A stretch of 56,671 nucleotides of DNA from positions 1 through 56,671 of the forward strand of contig BTVV01000033.1 in assembly GCA_045863855.1 (NCBI GenBank), in the 5' to 3' direction. Positions within the stretch are counted from its first letter, which is position 1, and every line of letters begins with the position of its first letter. The notes under the pieces were generated by a model. The model saw only the letters and a program-made list of their open reading frames with translations, did no database searches and was not told the DNA's origin. Below are positions 1-11,074 of the stretch, one piece after another. The stretch comes from Planctomycetota bacterium (lineage in GTDB: Bacteria > Planctomycetota > SZUA-567 > H5-PLA8). Position numbers and translations under genes: made by a program.

Positions 1-945
<945 letters not shown>

Positions 946-1133
946 TGTTAATTTTCAGGGTCGATCCATTGATTGAGCTACGTTCAACGTTGTGTCTTGT
1001 TGCACGTGCTCGGTGCTTGGTCGCAAACCATTCCCACGAACCCCTCCACGCACCGCAAGCGGTACGCTTCGAAGGCTCGTGTGACGGCTTGCTCACACTA
1101 TGCTCTTCTTTGCGTGCTGACTGCCTATGAACT

Positions 1134-1145
1134 TGTCAAAGAGCC
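1134..1145 (-). promoter_or_regulatory. rrn leader boxA antitermination element
   Basis: Minus strand reads GGCTCTTTGACA, close to the boxA consensus TGCTCTTTAACA, about 190 nt upstream of the mature 16S 5' end. Confidence 0.75.
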
Positions 1146-1273
1146 ACTAAATCTCAAACTGCAAATCTACAATGACGACGCCAGCCCTCGCTTCTCCCCA
1201 CCTGCTGAGCAGCGTGGCTAGCCTTTTAAAGGCTTTTGAAGGCGGCTCCCAGATATGTCGGAAGCCAAAGACC

Positions 1274-1302
1274 TATATACTGGCACCGGCCTTTAGAGTC
1301 AA
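1274..1302 (-). promoter_or_regulatory. Putative sigma70 rRNA operon promoter
   Basis: Minus strand TTGACT-17 nt-TATATA upstream of boxA, with an AT-rich tract further upstream (about 1315-1400). Confidence 0.6.
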
Positions 1303-1609
1303 GGCGGTTCGAGGTTCTATCTCGATTTCCTTTCACATATTTTAACCTCATACGTGGACTAGCCTTATACAAACTCGCTTAAAGCATTTTTAGATTTTTC
1401 TGCACGTGAGCGTCGCAGCATCAATCTCCAACCGCCATTCGTTCACATCCCTCACTTGCACCCGTGCTCCTACCCTAGAAGACGACTTCTAAGGCCGACA
1501 GTTCCTTTGGGCTACAGGCCGGAGTTCCCGTTGCGACGGAACCCTCTTTTCGTAGGCTGAAGGCCCTTTACATCCTGTCCGTTCTTGTAAACGCTTGATC
1601 GTGCGATTC

Positions 1610-1638
1610 TTGACGGACCTCATCCCGTTGGGTACAGT
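1610..1638 (+). promoter_or_regulatory. Putative sigma70 promoter for the Phd/YefM-like gene
   Basis: TTGACG-17 nt-TACAGT, about 95 nt upstream of the ATG at 1732. Confidence 0.55.
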
Positions 1639-1731
1639 GCAGGTGGCGTTCGTCACTTGCCTGCGGAGCATACTACAAAAACTTGTTCGAGCGCGACTAT
1701 CGCGCCGGATCGGCACTGGGGAGGTCTGGTT

Positions 1732-2019
1732 ATGGGAAGCGCGCGCTTCGTAGGCTCTGTGGAACTACAAACCCGTACGGACGTTCTACTTAAAGAAGTG
1801 CAAACCTCAGGGCAACCGTGCTACATCACCCAAGATGGGAAGGCCGCAGCCGTACTGATTGACATCAATCGCTACAACGCCTTGATGGATCTGGTCGAAG
1901 AAGCCGAAGCTCCTCATAAAGCCAACCCCGGTGACGAAACGCGCGAACAGGCCAGCGTACGCGTCATTCTCAAGCGTTCTTCACGCCGATTTAATCGAAC
2001 GACTCGCCGCTTAGGCTAA
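1732..2019 (+). CDS. Phd/YefM-family antitoxin-like protein (95 aa), no adjacent toxin
   Basis: ELQTRTDVLLKEVQTSGQPCYITQDGKAAAVLIDINRYNAL fits the Phd/YefM N-terminal fold (..LL..V...G.P..IT..GK..AVL). GGGGAGG RBS precedes the ATG at 1732. Confidence 0.75.
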   Translation: MGSARFVGSVELQTRTDVLLKEVQTSGQPCYITQDGKAAAVLIDINRYNALMDLVEEAEAPHKANPGDETREQASVRVILKRSSRRFNRTTRRLG

Positions 2020-2118
2020 GTCGCACCCACTCCCAGGTTGTTCCACCCGCCTTCCCCGGCGTGCGCGGTGACTCCGTGGCGCGTATACTCGTTAGCTCTC
2101 CATAGGAAGGGGCTTCGC

Positions 2119-4443
2119 GTGCGCAACGCATGGTTACGCGTTCTTCGTTTCATCCCGCTCTGCGCCGTGGCGCTCAGTTTCACCGGCTGCCAGGAATTCC
2201 AGGGGCCCGCTTGGGCGCCGGACGGCGATTTCATCGCGTACACCACCTACCGCCGCAGCGATCCAGGCAGCTCGCTGGTCGAGACGGACGTGTACCTCGT
2301 GGATTTGCGCATCGAGGACGGCGAGGCGAAGCCGGTCGCGAAAGCGGCCGCGTTTCCGCGCTGGGTGCCGGATGGCCCGACGCTTTATATGGCCGGACAA
2401 CGCGATGCGCGGAGCGGACTGTACACCGCGATTCTCTCGCATCGGCCCACCGAAGCCGCGGAAGGCGCCGAACCCTGCCGGGTGGTCCTCGATAAAGTTC
2501 GCCTCTCGGGCTTTCAGCTTTCGGTGGACGGCACGGTCGGCCTGCTCTGCTCGGGGAAAAGCACCAAGCCCGGCGAGCCGCAGCGCCTGGAGCTTTGGGA
2601 CCCGAAGAAGAACGAACGCCGCTCGCTGCGCGAGATCGGGGACGTCTTGTCGCCCGCGCTCTCCCCGAACGGCCGCGTGCTCGCCTTTGCGGCAAGCGAC
2701 AAGAAGATCATGAACGGGCGGCCGTACGTGGCGGTCCTGGAGCTCGACCGGCCCGATCCGGCTCCGAAGCCCGTTTTCCCTACGGTGGAATTCGACGAAC
2801 CCGCCGCGGCGACGTACGTGGTTCACGCGTTTCCGGACAGCGAGCGCTTCCTCTTTTACGCGCCAGGCTCCCCTTCTTTATGGACCGTGCGCTACAACGG
2901 GAACGACTTGCAGCGCTACAACCTGCCCAAGGGCTTCTCGAGTCCGCTGATGGTGACGCTGCGCGAGGACGGCCGCAGCGCGACGCTCACGCTGGTCAAG
3001 ACCGATAAGGATGCGGTGCAGTATCACGTCTTCGAACTGGATTTCCGTAAGGGCGCGTGCGCGAAACTCGACGGCGACGCCGCGGACCTCCTGGGCGGGC
3101 ACGCGCTCGACCCGCAGACGGTGCGGCGCAAGGCCAAAGAGCGCTGGGCCTGGCTATCGGCGGGCGGTTTGGCGCTGGGGGTCAAAGGCCAGGCGCGCTA
3201 TTTTCCGCAGACGAGCGAACAGGGTGTGGCTGCGGCGAGTTTCTATTTGGCCCAGAACGATCCCGATCGCGCGCTGGCGTGCGTCTTGAAGGCGCGGGAC
3301 TTCAAACCCGAGCCCGCCGATCCGGGCGCGCTCGATCGAGCCGAAGCGCGCGCGTACCTCGCCGCCGGCGACGGTGTGCGCGCTTCCGAGGCGTTCGGCC
3401 GCGCGCATCTGCTCCACCCCATCGGCCCCGACGGCCTCGCGTTCATCTTCCCCGCCGCCACCGGCCTCCCGCAGCAAGCGTGCGCGGACGCCTCGGCGCT
3501 GGTCAAGGAGATGGAGGCGTATTCGACGGCCAACCCGAAGGACATCCTGATTCAGGCGCTGCGAGCGGCGCTGCTGGCGCGCGTCGAAGGCAAGTACGCG
3601 GACGCGTTGGCCGCGTACCAGCGCGCGCAGGAAGTCGCGCCCAGCGAAGCCTTGATCGGCGGCGTGCGCTTCCAGGAAGCGATGACGTGCTTCGAGAGCG
3701 GCGATATGGTGCTGGCGGGCGAACGCTGGGAAGCCGCGTCGCGCACCAAATCGTTCGGCGTGCGCGAATACGCCGCCGGGCTGGCGGCCATCGCCTTCGC
3801 GCTCGACGGCCGTCCCGCCAATACGCAGCGTGCCAACGGAGCGCTCCAACTGCTCCGCGATCTAAAGTCCGGGCTTACCGACGATCTGGTCAAACTCACC
3901 CGGGAACTCGACCGCCGCGCGTTCAAGCTCCAACGCTTGAGCGAAGAGTCGCGTTCGCCGGACAAAACCCTGCGCACTTGGGTGGACGTAACCGAATACT
4001 GCATTCCCCAGGCCTTCCTGTCACCGCGGCGCTTCCTGACGCCGGGACTCGAGTACGACGTGCGCCGCATCGGTGCGTCGATCGTAACCAGTTCTCAGAT
4101 CGTGGTGGCCGGCCTGCCCGAAGGCACACAGACGGTGCTGCGCATCCCGCGCCCGGTCAGCGTCCCCGTCTTCGCGCCGAACAACGACCTGCTCGCCTTC
4201 CGCGCGGTGGGCGAAGTCTTCCCGCTGCCGGATACCTTTTGCGAAGCGTATGTCGTGGATCTGCGTGGCACGCTGCTGCTGGGGGATCCCAAAGCGCTCC
4301 AGACGGGCGCGCTCACCCGCCGCCACGTGCTCGAGACCCTGACCTGGACCAATCCGCGCGAACTGCGCCTTAAGGGCACGAACGTCGACGCCTTCGGCAA
4401 CCAGACCGCGCTCGACCAGACTCTCCCGCTGGGGCCGCGCTGA
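2119..4443 (+). CDS. Lipoprotein with TolB/PD40-like beta-propeller repeats and TPR-like helical region (about 774 aa)
   Basis: Signal peptide with lipobox LSFTGC. PD40-like motifs PAWAPDGDFIAY, PRWVPDG, PALSPNGRVLAF, PVFAPNNDLLAF. Central Ala-rich TPR-like helices. GTG start chosen after AGGAAGGGG. Confidence 0.75.
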   Translation: MRNAWLRVLRFIPLCAVALSFTGCQEFQGPAWAPDGDFIAYTTYRRSDPGSSLVETDVYLVDLRIEDGEAKPVAKAAAFPRWVPDGPTLYMAGQRDARSGLYTAILSHRPTEAAEGAEPCRVVLDKVRLSGFQLSVDGTVGLLCSGKSTKPGEPQRLELWDPKKNERRSLREIGDVLSPALSPNGRVLAFAASDKKIMNGRPYVAVLELDRPDPAPKPVFPTVEFDEPAAATYVVHAFPDSERFLFYAPGSPSLWTVRYNGNDLQRYNLPKGFSSPLMVTLREDGRSATLTLVKTDKDAVQYHVFELDFRKGACAKLDGDAADLLGGHALDPQTVRRKAKERWAWLSAGGLALGVKGQARYFPQTSEQGVAAASFYLAQNDPDRALACVLKARDFKPEPADPGALDRAEARAYLAAGDGVRASEAFGRAHLLHPIGPDGLAFIFPAATGLPQQACADASALVKEMEAYSTANPKDILIQALRAALLARVEGKYADALAAYQRAQEVAPSEALIGGVRFQEAMTCFESGDMVLAGERWEAASRTKSFGVREYAAGLAAIAFALDGRPANTQRANGALQLLRDLKSGLTDDLVKLTRELDRRAFKLQRLSEESRSPDKTLRTWVDVTEYCIPQAFLSPRRFLTPGLEYDVRRIGASIVTSSQIVVAGLPEGTQTVLRIPRPVSVPVFAPNNDLLAFRAVGEVFPLPDTFCEAYVVDLRGTLLLGDPKALQTGALTRRHVLETLTWTNPRELRLKGTNVDAFGNQTALDQTLPLGPR

Positions 4444-4473
4444 TTTCCGAGCCGGCCGAGCACGCGGCGTTCG

Positions 4474-5688
4474 TCACTCGGCTTTCTGCGACTCCCGGCG
4501 CATGCGCGCAACGAACTCGACCTCATCGGCGTTTCGCGCCAGCCATGCTTCCTGTTCGTGGCGCAGTTGCACGATCCGCGCTTCCACGCTTTGCGGCGTC
4601 AAACGAATCCCCCAATCGTCGGGCAGCGCTCCATCGGGCGGGGTCTGACCGTGAATGCGATAAAGCACGAGGTCGCCCAGTTCCATGCGAAAATGCGAAG
4701 ACTCCCAGTACCAGCGCATCTTCGTTTCCGTATCGCCTTCCGGCGGAAACGGCTCCGCGTTGAAGCCCGAGTACGCGGTAAAGTCCCAAAGTTCGGGAGG
4801 CGGCGCGCCGGACTCGCCCCTCGCAGAATCGCTTACAATGCGAGTCAAATCGCGTTTCCATTGCTCGAACGAATCCCAAAGGCCGGCGGAGCGGATCGCT
4901 TCGAGTTGGATAGCATGTATCGGCAGAATGACCACGGTGAGCCGGATGCCGTGCGCGCGGCAGCCTTCCACTACCGACTGAAACCGCTCCACTCTATCCG
5001 TACTGTACTCGTACCTGCCATACGGCCCGCTGGGCTTGTAAAAGCTGCGTAGAATGTTGTGCAACATGCCGCGATGGCCGATGCGTTTGAGCAGATTGGA
5101 ATTCATGCCCCGTAACCAAGCGCCGTGGTCGCCGTATCCGCTTCGCCTGTCCCGGTACCGATTTTTCAGCACCTGCACGCTTCCATCGAGCGAGCGTTCG
5201 CTCCACAGCAACTGCAGGTGGTAGGGAATTTCGGCCTGCTCGGGAGCGAATCGCGACTGCTTGAAATCTTCCCCGACTCCGCGCCGCGACGAGAACATCA
5301 GAAAATCGGCGAAGCAGACCACGCGCTCGATGGGTTGTTGCGCAACGGCGTACCGGAACACCGCCTCGGTCTCGATAAAATTCGTGGCGCCCAGCGCCAT
5401 GTTCAGCGTCGCCGAACCGCCCCAAAGAGGGTGCTCCGGATCGATGCCCATTTCGGTGCGCGAACTGCCCAAAAGCAGCGTGCGGCACGGCCCGTGGCGG
5501 ACCAGTTCGGCCTTCGCGGTCCGGGTATTCCGTTCCATCTTGTACGGTCCCAACGCTTCGCGGGGCGCCCAGCGGTACGCTTCGAACGGATCGACCCATG
5601 CGTTCAGCACTGCGATGGCCAGCAAAGCCGCGGCCGAAAGAACCAGCCACAGCTTCAGAAACAGGCTCGTTTGTTCGCGCATGCCCAC
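4474..5688 (-). CDS. Membrane-anchored SGNH-like protein, partner of the MBOAT (AlgJ/PatB/DltD-like role)
   Basis: N-terminal TM helix ending in N.WVDPF, LLLGSSR block-I-like motif, C-terminal YWESSHF (variant of DxxH). Lies 6 nt downstream of the MBOAT gene. Confidence 0.65.
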   Translation of the reverse strand: MGMREQTSLFLKLWLVLSAAALLAIAVLNAWVDPFEAYRWAPREALGPYKMERNTRTAKAELVRHGPCRTLLLGSSRTEMGIDPEHPLWGGSATLNMALGATNFIETEAVFRYAVAQQPIERVVCFADFLMFSSRRGVGEDFKQSRFAPEQAEIPYHLQLLWSERSLDGSVQVLKNRYRDRRSGYGDHGAWLRGMNSNLLKRIGHRGMLHNILRSFYKPSGPYGRYEYSTDRVERFQSVVEGCRAHGIRLTVVILPIHAIQLEAIRSAGLWDSFEQWKRDLTRIVSDSARGESGAPPPELWDFTAYSGFNAEPFPPEGDTETKMRWYWESSHFRMELGDLVLYRIHGQTPPDGALPDDWGIRLTPQSVEARIVQLRHEQEAWLARNADEVEFVARMRRESQKAE

Positions 5689-5694
5689 TCTCGT

Positions 5695-7206
5695 TCAAAA
5701 CTGGTAGTAAAGGAATTCCGAAACCCGCGTCAGGTACAGCACGGTCCACACGAAAAGGACGCTCAAACACACGGCCCGCGCCGGCGTGAAGCGCCATAGC
5801 CAGCACAGCGCCCAGCGCCGCGACCAGCCCTCTTTAGGGAGCGCCGGCAGCGGTTCGAGCACGGGCCGGTAGCGCCGCATCACTTCCTGGGTGGTCGGTA
5901 CGACGTTGACGGCCAGCAACAACAGCGCCAGCCAAGGCCATGCCTTGTTCGCCGCCACGGTCGCGGCCGAAGCGCCACCCAGCCCGTAGACGCCGCACAT
6001 GCCCTTCAGCACGCGCATGGCCGATCCGAAGTCCTCGGCACGGAACAACACCCAACCGACGATCACCGCAAGAAACGTAAGTCCGCGCGCCGCCACCAGC
6101 TCCGGCCAGCCACCGGCGCCGGGCGCCCAACCCAGGCGCTTGCGCAGCGCATGCCAGGCGTGATTGATGCAGAGGTACAATCCGTGCAGCGCGCCCCACG
6201 CCGCGAAAGCCCAGCCCGCGCCGTGCCAAAGTCCGCCGAGCACCATCGTCAGCAGCAAGTTGAAGTAACGCCGCGACTTGCCGCAGCGGCTTCCGCCCAG
6301 AGGAATATACAGGTAATCGCGCAGGAACCGCGAAAGCGTGATATGCCAGCGGCGCCAAAAATCGACGATATTCGCCGCTTTGTACGGTGCATCGAAATTC
6401 TGCGGCAAGCGAATGCCGAATAGCCGCCCTAAGCCCACCGCCATATCGCTGTAGCCCGAAAAATCGAAATAAAGCTGGAAGGTGTACGCCAGCGCGCCCA
6501 CCCAAGCCTCGGCCGCTCCTGGCGTGCCGCCCTCCAGTGCATTCGTGAAGACCGGCGTCGCGTAGAGGGCGATCGGGTCTGCGATCAACACTTTTTTCGC
6601 CAGCCCGATTACGAAGATCGTGAGCCCCACCGCAAGATTTCGCGGGTTGAAGTGGAAGACCCGGCGCGAGGCGAACTGCGGGAGGACTTCCTTATGGTGC
6701 ACGATCGGTCCGGCAATCAATTGCGGGAACCACGTGACGAAAAGCATGTACTCCGTGAAGCGATACTCGCGCGTCTGGCGTTGATACACATCGACGAGAT
6801 ACGCGATCTGCTGGAAGGTGAAGAAGGAAATGGCCAGCGGCAAAACCGGCGATTCGACCGACCAAGGTTTATCGAATAGCCAAGCCAGCGAACCAATCGT
6901 GAAGGCAATGTATTTGTAGTAACCCAACAACAATAAGTTAGTGCCAATTCCGGCGAAGAGCATCATGCGGCGAAATCGCGGGGTGCCCGCGGGCCGATTC
7001 AGCGCCAAGCCGATCCCGAAATTGAACAGGCAGGAAAGGAGAATCATCGCCAAGTACGGCGGATTCCACCATGCGTAGAAAAACAGCGAAGTCAGCGTCA
7101 GCCAAGTCAAGGCTTTCCCGTATTGAGAACGGGCGCCTAACGCCAGATAAACGAAAAGCGTAATGGGGAGAAACAAAAAGATAAATACGTGCGAACTGAA
7201 AAGCAT
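5695..7206 (-). CDS. MBOAT family O-acyltransferase (AlgI/PatA/DltB-like)
   Basis: Motifs MLFSS.FIFLFLP, LPLAISFFTFQQIAYLVD, FPQLIAGPI, QLYFDFSGYSDMA, DFWRRWHITLS, GGLWHGA (catalytic His) and C-terminal FLYYQF. Confidence 0.95.
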   Translation of the reverse strand: MLFSSHVFIFLFLPITLFVYLALGARSQYGKALTWLTLTSLFFYAWWNPPYLAMILLSCLFNFGIGLALNRPAGTPRFRRMMLFAGIGTNLLLLGYYKYIAFTIGSLAWLFDKPWSVESPVLPLAISFFTFQQIAYLVDVYQRQTREYRFTEYMLFVTWFPQLIAGPIVHHKEVLPQFASRRVFHFNPRNLAVGLTIFVIGLAKKVLIADPIALYATPVFTNALEGGTPGAAEAWVGALAYTFQLYFDFSGYSDMAVGLGRLFGIRLPQNFDAPYKAANIVDFWRRWHITLSRFLRDYLYIPLGGSRCGKSRRYFNLLLTMVLGGLWHGAGWAFAAWGALHGLYLCINHAWHALRKRLGWAPGAGGWPELVAARGLTFLAVIVGWVLFRAEDFGSAMRVLKGMCGVYGLGGASAATVAANKAWPWLALLLLAVNVVPTTQEVMRRYRPVLEPLPALPKEGWSRRWALCWLWRFTPARAVCLSVLFVWTVLYLTRVSEFLYYQF

Positions 7207-7322
7207 AACGCACTGCTTTCCTCACACGCCCATTAGCGCGTGACCCAGGACGAATCGGTAAATCTGTTAAAGGTCTGCGACGAGAATAGCCGAAGCGAAA
7301 GTCCGCGCAATCCGCGGAATCG

Positions 7323-8228
7323 CTACGGAGCGCCCTGGAAGGGTTGGAACTCGACCGGCGTGCCGTCTTTGGCGGTCAGTTGGGGTTCGGCCTGCGTCAG
7401 CGAGCCGACCAGAATGTCGCCGCGCTTCACGTGGGTCAAGTCGGCGGGATCGCCCACTTCCAGCTTGATGTTTTTCTGCAAGCCGCGGTTGCGCAGCGTG
7501 ATCGTGCCGTCCTTGCGGTCGATATCCTTCACGCGCCACTGAAAGATCAGGACCATCTCGCGTTCCGAGACTCCGTCGCCCGCGCGCGGTCCGGGACCGT
7601 CGCCCGAGCCGCCGCCGCCGGTTCCCGCGACGCGTTGCACGTCGCCCGATCCGGCCGCCGCGCGCGCCGTACGGTTCGCGTCGTTGCGGGCCGCTTGAGC
7701 GTCCTTCGCGGTGGCGGCCTTGCCTGCTTCGCCGCGCTTCGTGCCCCCACCGGTTGCCGCAGGGTTGGCGGGCTCGCTTACGTCTCCCGTCGCGGCGCCG
7801 TCGCCCATCGCCACGCCGGCTTCGGCGGCTTCCGCTTCTGCCTTGGCGCGCGCTTCGTCGGCTTCGCGCTGCCGCTCCAACTCGGCCTTATGCTTGTCTT
7901 GCGCCATCTCCAGCGACTTCTTCAACGCTTCATCGGGTTCTTCATCGAGGATCGTGACTTCCCGCAGCGCCGCGCGCAGATACCAGTAGCGCGTGCCGTC
8001 GATCACCACCCACGCACCCAGGCTTTGCATCTCGACCCAGCACTTCTCGACCACCCGCCCGTCGACAAACGACACCTTGGCCAAGAGCGGCCCCGGTTTA
8101 AGCGCCACCGGCCAACCGGCTACCGGCGCTTTGGCCGATTCGGCGACTGGCGCCGCCGCTTCTTCGGCACCTCCGCACACGCTCGCGCAACACACCAGGA
8201 CCAGCACCAACCCGCACGTTCGATGCAT
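7323..8228 (-). CDS. Secreted hypothetical protein with coiled coil, low-complexity linker and C-terminal OB-fold-like domain
   Basis: Signal peptide MHRTCGLVLVLVCCASVCGG, E/K/A-rich helix, G/A-rich linker, C-terminal VKDIDRKDGTITL...VKRGDILV. Confidence 0.6.
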   Translation of the reverse strand: MHRTCGLVLVLVCCASVCGGAEEAAAPVAESAKAPVAGWPVALKPGPLLAKVSFVDGRVVEKCWVEMQSLGAWVVIDGTRYWYLRAALREVTILDEEPDEALKKSLEMAQDKHKAELERQREADEARAKAEAEAAEAGVAMGDGAATGDVSEPANPAATGGGTKRGEAGKAATAKDAQAARNDANRTARAAAGSGDVQRVAGTGGGGSGDGPGPRAGDGVSEREMVLIFQWRVKDIDRKDGTITLRNRGLQKNIKLEVGDPADLTHVKRGDILVGSLTQAEPQLTAKDGTPVEFQPFQGAP

Positions 8229-8433
8229 CGTTTCGCCTCACTCGCCTATTGATATGACGCCATCCAGTATAAGCCTGCTGCATGCGCACCCATGTCCTAA
8301 TTCGCCAATTCGTTGGGCCAAGCTATCCCTTTACGGGCTAACGCCTTGAATCAATCGCCGGAAGGTGCCCTCTGCGCTCTACTGGGGTATCCCGCGCTTG
8401 CCCTGCAAGCCGGGTTGGTGGCACAATGGCCGC

Positions 8434-10251
8434 GTGAGCACCACGCCCAGCCCATCCGCTCAGCGCGAATCGGCGCCACCCGCGCCGGCCGAGCCCGTTG
8501 AGCTCAAGAGCCCCCCAGTACCTTCGACCGTCGAGCCGGCTTGGCGCGTGGACGTGCTGTGCGGCATCACCACCGGAATTCTGGCGGTCCCCCAAGGTAT
8601 CGCGTTCGCCTTGATCGCCAACGTTCCGCCCGAACACGGGCTCTATGCGATGATCGTGCCCACGATCGTAGCGGCCTTGATCCGCAATTCGCCCTTCCTC
8701 ATTACGGGCGCGACGAACACTTCCGCGCTGGTCATCGGTGCGCTGGTGGCCGCGTTGGCCTTGCCCGTCGATTCCATCGTGCCGGTGATGCTCCTGATCA
8801 CGCTGATGATGGGTGCGATTCAAGTGGGCTTCGGCACCCTGAAGCTCGGCTCCCTGGGCCGGTACTTTTCGCAAGCCGTGTTGGTCGGCTTCACGCTGGG
8901 TGCCGCGACGTTGATTTTCGTCGACCAGATCAAGAACGTGCTGGGTCTCAAGCTCGAACCTTCGGCGACGCTGCTGGAAGAATTGGCGCACCTTGCCGGC
9001 AGCCTGGGCGCGACGAACGTTCGCGGCCTGGCGCTGGGCGCCGTCACCTTGGCGGTCGTGGCGCTTTGCGCACGCATTTCGAGGCTGATTCCCGGCGCGA
9101 TGCTGGCCGTCGTCGCCGCGGGACTGCTGGTCTGGGCGCTGGGCTGGCACACAGGCCCGAGCGCCGTGCTCACCGTCGGCTCGGTGCCGCGCTCGCTCCC
9201 GGCGCTCACGATTCCCGAGTTTTCCTGGGAACGCATCCGCCAGGTCGCCGCGCCCAGTCTGGCCATCGCGATCCTAGGCATGGTCGAAGCCATCTCCATC
9301 GGCAAGGCGCTCTCCGCCAAGGCGCGCGTTAAATTCATGGCCAACCAGGAACTGCTCGCCAAGGGCATCGGGAACGTCGTCGGAGCGTTCACCGGATGCA
9401 TGCCGACTTCCGCGAGTTGGACCCGCAGCGCGATCAACCTGCAGATGGGCGCGCGCACGCGCTGGGTGGGCGTCTACGCGGGGCTTACGGTTCTCGCCAT
9501 CATGCTGCTCCTCGCGCCTTGGGCGATTTACGTGCCCAAGGCCTGCCTGGGCGCGCTGATCATGTGGATCGCCTGGCACATGGTGGATCTGGGCGCGGCG
9601 CGCTACGTCTGGCGCTGGAGCCGCACCGACGCCGCCGTCATGGTCATCACCTATCTCTCCATGCTCTGCATCGAGATCCAGTACGCCATCTATTTGGGCG
9701 TCTTCATCTCGATCCTGATGCTGCTGCGCCGCGCCGGGCAGTTGCATATGGTCGAGATGGCGCGTTCGGGCAGCGAGCAGTTCCGCGAAATCGAGATCGA
9801 CGCTCAGACCGGCCGATGGCCCATTGTCCTGCTGCAGCTCGAGGGCGACCTCTTTTTCGGCATCGTCGAAGAGTTGGAAGAAAAGTTGGAGCAGATCGCA
9901 AATCACGGCGCGCGCGTCATCGTGTTGCGCATGAAGCGCGCGCACGCCATCGACGCCACGGCCGCCGAATCGCTCTCCGCCTTCGTCGCGCACTTCAAGG
10001 AAAGCGGCGGGCGCATGATCCTCTGCGGGCTCAAGGACGACTTGCACGCCCAGATCGCCCGCGCGCATCTGGGCGATGTGCTGGGCGCCGAGAACCTGAT
10101 GAAAACCGAGCCGCGCGCCTTCGACAGCGTCCGCCACGCGCTCGACAAGGCGCGCCAGGAGATCCGTGCGCGAGGCGACTGGCCCGCCACCGAACCGATG
10201 GTTCGCCACGTCCCGCCCGAATTGCGCGACGCCTGGAATTATTCGATCTGA
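8434..10251 (+). CDS. sulP: SulP family inorganic anion transporter with STAS domain
   Basis: D..CGITTGILAVPQGIAFALIA..P..GLY signature, NQELLAKGIGN, SWTRSAIN..GART, and STAS motifs LEGDLFFG and IDATAAESL. Start inferred at GTG 8434. Confidence 0.93.
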   Translation: MSTTPSPSAQRESAPPAPAEPVELKSPPVPSTVEPAWRVDVLCGITTGILAVPQGIAFALIANVPPEHGLYAMIVPTIVAALIRNSPFLITGATNTSALVIGALVAALALPVDSIVPVMLLITLMMGAIQVGFGTLKLGSLGRYFSQAVLVGFTLGAATLIFVDQIKNVLGLKLEPSATLLEELAHLAGSLGATNVRGLALGAVTLAVVALCARISRLIPGAMLAVVAAGLLVWALGWHTGPSAVLTVGSVPRSLPALTIPEFSWERIRQVAAPSLAIAILGMVEAISIGKALSAKARVKFMANQELLAKGIGNVVGAFTGCMPTSASWTRSAINLQMGARTRWVGVYAGLTVLAIMLLLAPWAIYVPKACLGALIMWIAWHMVDLGAARYVWRWSRTDAAVMVITYLSMLCIEIQYAIYLGVFISILMLLRRAGQLHMVEMARSGSEQFREIEIDAQTGRWPIVLLQLEGDLFFGIVEELEEKLEQIANHGARVIVLRMKRAHAIDATAAESLSAFVAHFKESGGRMILCGLKDDLHAQIARAHLGDVLGAENLMKTEPRAFDSVRHALDKARQEIRARGDWPATEPMVRHVPPELRDAWNYSI

Positions 10252-10273
10252 TGGAAGGCCGGGGTGAGGAACC

Positions 10274-11074
10274 TCAAGCCGGCAGCGCGACCTTCGACTG
10301 GTCGGTAAGTATCTCGATGCGGTCGGGATGCACGACCACCGTATGTTCGAAGTGGACGCTGCGCCCGCCGTCGGCGGTCCGCACCAGCCACTCGCCTTCC
10401 ACGCTCTCTACCTGCGGCGATCCTTCGTTGACCATCGGTTCCACTGCCAGCGACATGCCCGGCTTGAGCACCTCGCGGAAAAACGGGATCATCTGGCCCG
10501 TCTGAACGTAGTTGGGCACCTGCGGTTCCTCGTGCAGGCTCTGTCCCACCCCGTGTCCGACGTACTCGCGCACCACCGAGTACCCGTTCTTTTCCACATG
10601 CGTCTGGATCGCGCGCGAAACGTCCACGAGCTTCCCGCGCGGCTTCATCGCCGCGATGCCCTTGTACAGCGACTCCTCGCCGATCCGCATCAGCTTCTGT
10701 GCATCCGCGTCGATCGCCCCGACCGCGTAGGTCCAAGCCGAATCGCCGATGTAGCCGTCCTTGCGCACGCCCACATCGATAGAGACCAGATCGCCCTTGC
10801 GCAGCGGCACGTCGTCGGGGACGCCGTGCACGACCACGTCGTTCACCGAAGCGCAGATCCAAGCCGGGAACGGGACCTTGCCCGGAAGCTCGTAACGGTA
10901 GAAGGGAGAAGTTCCGCCGCGCTTGCGGATGTGCGCGGCCACGGCTTGGTCGATCTGCCGCGTGGTCACGCCCGGCTCGATCATTTCGCGGATCAGATGG
11001 TGGCATTCGGCCACCACGCGCGACGATTCGCGAATCAGGTCGATCTGCCGCTGCGAATACAGGATGACGGCCAA
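10274..11074 (-). CDS. map: Methionine aminopeptidase type I
   Basis: CASVNDVVVHGVP, GDLVSIDVG, GYIGDSA, GHGVG..LHEEP, EPMVN, SVHFEHTV. Follows adk. Confidence 0.97.
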   Translation of the reverse strand: MAVILYSQRQIDLIRESSRVVAECHHLIREMIEPGVTTRQIDQAVAAHIRKRGGTSPFYRYELPGKVPFPAWICASVNDVVVHGVPDDVPLRKGDLVSIDVGVRKDGYIGDSAWTYAVGAIDADAQKLMRIGEESLYKGIAAMKPRGKLVDVSRAIQTHVEKNGYSVVREYVGHGVGQSLHEEPQVPNYVQTGQMIPFFREVLKPGMSLAVEPMVNEGSPQVESVEGEWLVRTADGGRSVHFEHTVVVHPDRIEILTDQSKVALPA

